From: Alphaproteobacteria bacterium
GTDB taxonomy: Bacteria; Pseudomonadota; Alphaproteobacteria; DSM-16000; Inquilinaceae
Assembly: GCA_009909005.1 (NCBI GenBank)
Contig: JAAAOG010000087.1
Span: 1 to 24,000, forward strand
Reading direction: 5' to 3'
Length of the DNA stretch: 24,000 nt
The position numbers and the translations under genes were made by a program. Positions 23,168-24,000 of this stretch are shown here, in pieces. Position 1 is the stretch's first letter. Every line of letters begins with the position of its first letter. A model generated the notes under the pieces. That model made no database searches, was not told the DNA's origin, and was given only the letters and a program-made list of their open reading frames with translations.

Positions 23168-24000
23168 ATGAAATTCACCCTCTCCTGGCTGAAAGAGCAT
23201 CTCGACACCGATGCCGATCTCGACCGGATCAGCACCACCCTGACCGCCCTCGGTCTGGAGGTCGACGCCGTCGTCGACCGCGCGGCCGCGCTGGCGCCCT
23301 TTACGGTCGGGCACGTCGTCGACTGCCAGCAGCACCCCAATGCCGACAAGCTGAAGGTCTGCGTGGTCGAGACCGCCCATCATGGCCGGGTGCAGGTGGT
23401 CTGCGGCGCGCCGAATGCGCGGTCGGGGATGAAGGGGGTGTTCGCGCCGGTCGGCACGGTGATTCCCGGCACCGGCCAGGTGCTGAAGGCCGGCGTGATC
23501 CGCGGCGTCGAGTCGAACGGCATGCTCTGCTCGGAGCGGGAGATGGGCCTGTCGGACGAGCACAGCGGCATCATCGACCTGCCGGAGGATGCAGAGACCG
23601 GCGCCCCCTTCGCCCGGGTCTACGGGCTCGACGACCCGCTGATCGACGTCGCCCTGACGCCGGACCGCGGCGACTGCGCCGGGGTGCACGGCATCGCCCG
23701 CGACCTCGCCGCCGCCGGCCTCGGCACCCTCAAGCCTCTTTCCGCCGAGCCGGTGCCCGGCGCCTATGACAGCCCGATCGACGTGCTGTTCGACCTGCCG
23801 CCCGAGGCGGCGGCGGCCTGCCCGCTCTTCGTCGGCCGCCATATTCGCGGCCTGCGCAACGGCCCCAGCCCGCGCTGGCTGCAGGACAAGCTGCTGGCCG
23901 TCGGCCTGCGGCCGATCAACGCCCTGGTCGACATCACCAATTACTTCAGCCTCGACCGCTGCCGGCCGCTGCACGTCTTCGACGCCGACACCGTCGCCGC
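23168..24000 (+). CDS. pheT: Phenylalanine--tRNA ligase beta subunit, N-terminal part (continues past the window end)
   Basis: This ORF is missing from the track because it is truncated. ATG 23168 reads MKFTLSWLKEHLDTDADLDRISTTLTALGLEVD...HPNADKLKVC.V....VQVVCGAPN...G.ESNGMLCSE.E, the canonical PheT N-terminus and tRNA-binding (OB) domain. The frame stays open to base 24000. Confidence 0.9.
   Translation, partial: MKFTLSWLKEHLDTDADLDRISTTLTALGLEVDAVVDRAAALAPFTVGHVVDCQQHPNADKLKVCVVETAHHGRVQVVCGAPNARSGMKGVFAPVGTVIPGTGQVLKAGVIRGVESNGMLCSEREMGLSDEHSGIIDLPEDAETGAPFARVYGLDDPLIDVALTPDRGDCAGVHGIARDLAAAGLGTLKPLSAEPVPGAYDSPIDVLFDLPPEAAAACPLFVGRHIRGLRNGPSPRWLQDKLLAVGLRPINALVDITNYFSLDRCRPLHVFDADTVA

Noticed and set aside
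22155-23974. Two 298-aa minus-strand ORFs (22155..23051 and 23078..23974)
   Set aside because: They are antisense to the HEPN and VOC genes and to pheT respectively, all of which have strong family signatures on the + strand.
1-24000. tRNA, rRNA, IS elements, integrases or prophage genes
   Set aside because: I saw no T-loop-like GGTTCGANNCC contexts, no rRNA-like segments, and no transposase, integrase or terminal inverted repeat signatures by eye on either strand. A tRNAscan, Infernal and ISfinder run would be the definitive check.

Overview
This looks like a high-GC chromosomal segment. The gene content and order suggest an alphaproteobacterium, which is my inference. Most of it is housekeeping: ilvB, miaA, serB, purC-purS, bolA, thrC followed by an M16 peptidase and a GNAT, and the start of pheT. 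Less conserved pockets sit between these genes. I support 27 CDSs, two of them truncated by the window edges. I found no tRNA, rRNA, CRISPR array, transposase or integrase. I do not see one clear-cut novel multi-gene system. The items most worth a second look are listed below.

1. A LuxO-type sigma-54 response regulator (5649-7100) has no luxU, no adjacent kinase and no recognisable Qrr or sigma-54 target nearby.
2. An MntA/HepT-like (MNT/HEPN) pair (21947-22628) carries Gln where the toxin's catalytic His is expected in the RX4HXY motif. The two genes overlap by 50 nt.
3. A divergent UreF paralog (16386-17078) has no other urease genes around it.
4. An exact-period 4 x 16-nt tandem repeat and a 14-bp palindrome lie in the divergent dipeptidase/thrC control region. 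thrC appears to start at TTG.
5. A small, very acidic secreted protein has an internally duplicated PG(V/I)NEPGLNEPA motif, and the differences between the DNA copies are mostly synonymous.
6. Next to it, a low-GC ribbon-helix-helix gene sits behind about 400 bp of hairpin- and palindrome-rich non-coding DNA.
7. About 650 bp of non-coding DNA precedes an orphan TadG/vWA gene. It contains a TTAA-N7-TTAA (CtrA-type) box and an 11-codon upstream ORF.
8. Low-GC DNA replaces the expected ilvN position downstream of ilvB.

Many long ORFs in the supplied track are antisense or out-of-frame artefacts of the high GC content, and I rejected them. All family assignments come from motifs and remembered sequences, not database searches.
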